From: an uncultured Christensenellaceae bacterium
GTDB taxonomy: Bacteria; Bacillota; Clostridia; Christensenellales; UBA3700
Direction: 5' to 3'
Length of the DNA stretch: 64,000 nt
Assembly: GCA_944376205.1 (NCBI GenBank)
Contig: CALWBV010000004.1
Span: 6,341 to 70,340, forward strand
Each line of letters begins with the position of its first letter. The first letter of the stretch is position 1. Under the pieces are notes generated by a model, which did no database searches, was not told the DNA's origin, and saw nothing but the letters and a program-made list of their open reading frames with translations. Positions 63,701-64,000 of this stretch are shown in pieces. The position numbers and the translations under genes are program-made.

Positions 63701-64000
63701 GAGACGAAAACGGTGAGAAGATTTACTACGAAGAGGGTGAGTATTCCAGAAAAGTCTACAACTACGGCAGCGATATGAAATTGTCGTTTGTCGCAGGTGA
63801 CGAGGAGAATCCTATTATAGTAGGCGACCTCGGCTCTGCGAAATTCGATATGGAAGAGAAGATCAAAGAATTCTCCGAATATCAATCCGATTTGGTACAG
63901 GCAATAGTCAATACCGTAGGTAAAGCAACAATAAGAGCAAAGGTTGATCTCGCTACACTTAATAATGAGATGAATCTTACTAATATTATCAATAATATAC
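60769..64000 (+). CDS. Giant lipoprotein (>1077 aa), 3' end outside the window; absent from the supplied ORF track
   Basis: SD ataggagagg, then 5 nt, then ATG at 60769. I translated the frame codon by codon to nt 64000 and found no stop. Signal peptide MRKSKLIVLLVLVMLFVFILSAAMVAC, then an acidic/Pro linker (DVNDGEDNDENETSGEPTKPPIPPNPPSGE). Codon usage is host-like. No domain recognised. Confidence 0.85.
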   Translation, partial: MRKSKLIVLLVLVMLFVFILSAAMVACDVNDGEDNDENETSGEPTKPPIPPNPPSGETDVDDDLYLTPREALTKILDGIGAPENALNLDFQVKVDMPDTQEILTIAVLANIYSEVRNEILVGFYMQGKDEPDENRELKYALYIVNGKAYIDLGKDENGQQRALLYLADFNMNYIMAMLEKAPELLGDLVPMLEQLLKDNNINITFDGILEMLIPMLFLAPELTANEDTGALENIHMEITLRDFIGNITSVLGIFGATALPVDINTFLQYLLNDVIPDAKFYLDADLDPDGKITDLELSSIEGSQTNKVQFDMTISETAGEVPIPEIEELEISEFSLTNINFAIDFTLGTRENTDGTKTQLDVGKIINGFMGQNILPLDVLLLEGGTGLRMKFALDLDLNYENAPEDNNKIAIELFLIDQYGNYQEFVNDDPNGQPEPQMGIYYTDGSFYLNLDNLLPNYMKGVNVKIDAGLTDLIDALVTLITDAIDGVFGISYDDIKNSGMQIEDNGKISTTSDADVLALLSSAAANGTQVLALNGGVESETMYISAGVQGFIAALAELLKLPENIKVDEDSDSILVIVNNDFLASLNSLMATNENPQPIKFAFPDYMGDIVLSVNLSDIGLESVAVDASILDEGGAPAFDVGVKIWDFLIGTAKENLDVYISDRVDVDNTSYLTSLNGVIDKVLGGITMSSRFTMSFNKGVYDLAPFIAGFGVSQLANTELLWTFTEDFMLDAQLNVQIALNKEDAYNSQLVVELKTLNGIKVGDTEVIAPNTVMIGIYGYHNQIFIDLSNLKVASITLPKLSFTLNFSDLVYTLLGDTLNDLLAGAGFTEGDLPFEFDLVELLGLNKGSGDGSESTVSTTAYTADGSESGATDDGSLAIPEEELNAILFGLNCDEIYATVSIAAIMTILSQTQTELGKTIAEALELMELDLSLRMGRKDGFEFNFAGELIPMQDENGNAVYYYSKDDPNVLLPSRDENGEKIYYEEGEYSRKVYNYGSDMKLSFVAGDEENPIIVGDLGSAKFDMEEKIKEFSEYQSDLVQAIVNTVGKATIRAKVDLATLNNEMNLTNIINNI

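Noticed and set aside
60958-63885. Minus-strand ORFs of 722 aa (60958-63126) and 235 aa (63178-63885) listed in the track
   Set aside because: They lie in the exactly codon-aligned antisense frame of the plus-strand lipoprotein ORF. Their composition is bizarre (R/F/V/C/Y/H/I-rich), and they have no SD or signal features. The plus frame has an SD, a lipoprotein signal and host codon usage.
1-64000. Searched by eye for CRISPR arrays, rRNA, further tRNAs, integrases/transposases, reverse transcriptases and prophage structural genes
   Set aside because: I found no regularly spaced direct repeats and none of the expected protein motifs. Only one tRNA was found. Absence by eye is not proof.

Overview
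This 64 kb window looks like a mid-GC Firmicutes/Clostridia-type chromosome. That guess rests on gene content (comEC-holA synteny, cdaA, DUF1015, a RACo-like ASKHA protein, many lipoproteins, extended -10 promoters), not on any search. All domain calls come from reading the translations and from memory of family motifs; nothing was searched.

Housekeeping genes recognised: ddh, citrate synthase, ppa, comEC, holA, cdaA, aspartate kinase, ung, a PHP histidinol-phosphatase-like gene, SIS, TetR and an OmpR/HK pair.

Accessory material, most interesting first:
1. An AT-rich island of about 9.7 kb (22.4-32.1 kb) ends exactly at the 3' end of tRNA-Leu(CAA). It carries a Bro-N/Fic fusion, a Big_2 lipoprotein and a tightly coupled R-M-like operon. 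The operon encodes an NPPY-less half-size MTase-fold protein, an Eco57I-type N6-adenine MTase, and a 964-aa GIY-YIG/T5orf172-like nuclease fused to an SF2 helicase and a Tudor-like tail. It sits under a consensus promoter whose spacer is a perfect 19-bp palindrome, divergent from a probably leaderless C-type XRE gene. I could not place this architecture in a characterised R-M or defence class.
2. A 1905-aa DUF4011 / Upf1-like SF1 helicase / REase-like / DUF3320 protein, followed by tandem REP-like elements.
3. An XRE regulator paired with a 282-aa protein that has a Cys-rich CFI-box-like C-terminus, with a perfect 16-bp operator palindrome between them.
4. A lipoprotein ORF of more than 1077 aa (60769 to the window end) that is absent from the supplied ORF track because it runs off the edge. 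The 722-aa and 235-aa minus-strand ORFs listed there are codon-aligned shadows of it.

No rRNA, CRISPR array, integrase or transposase was seen.
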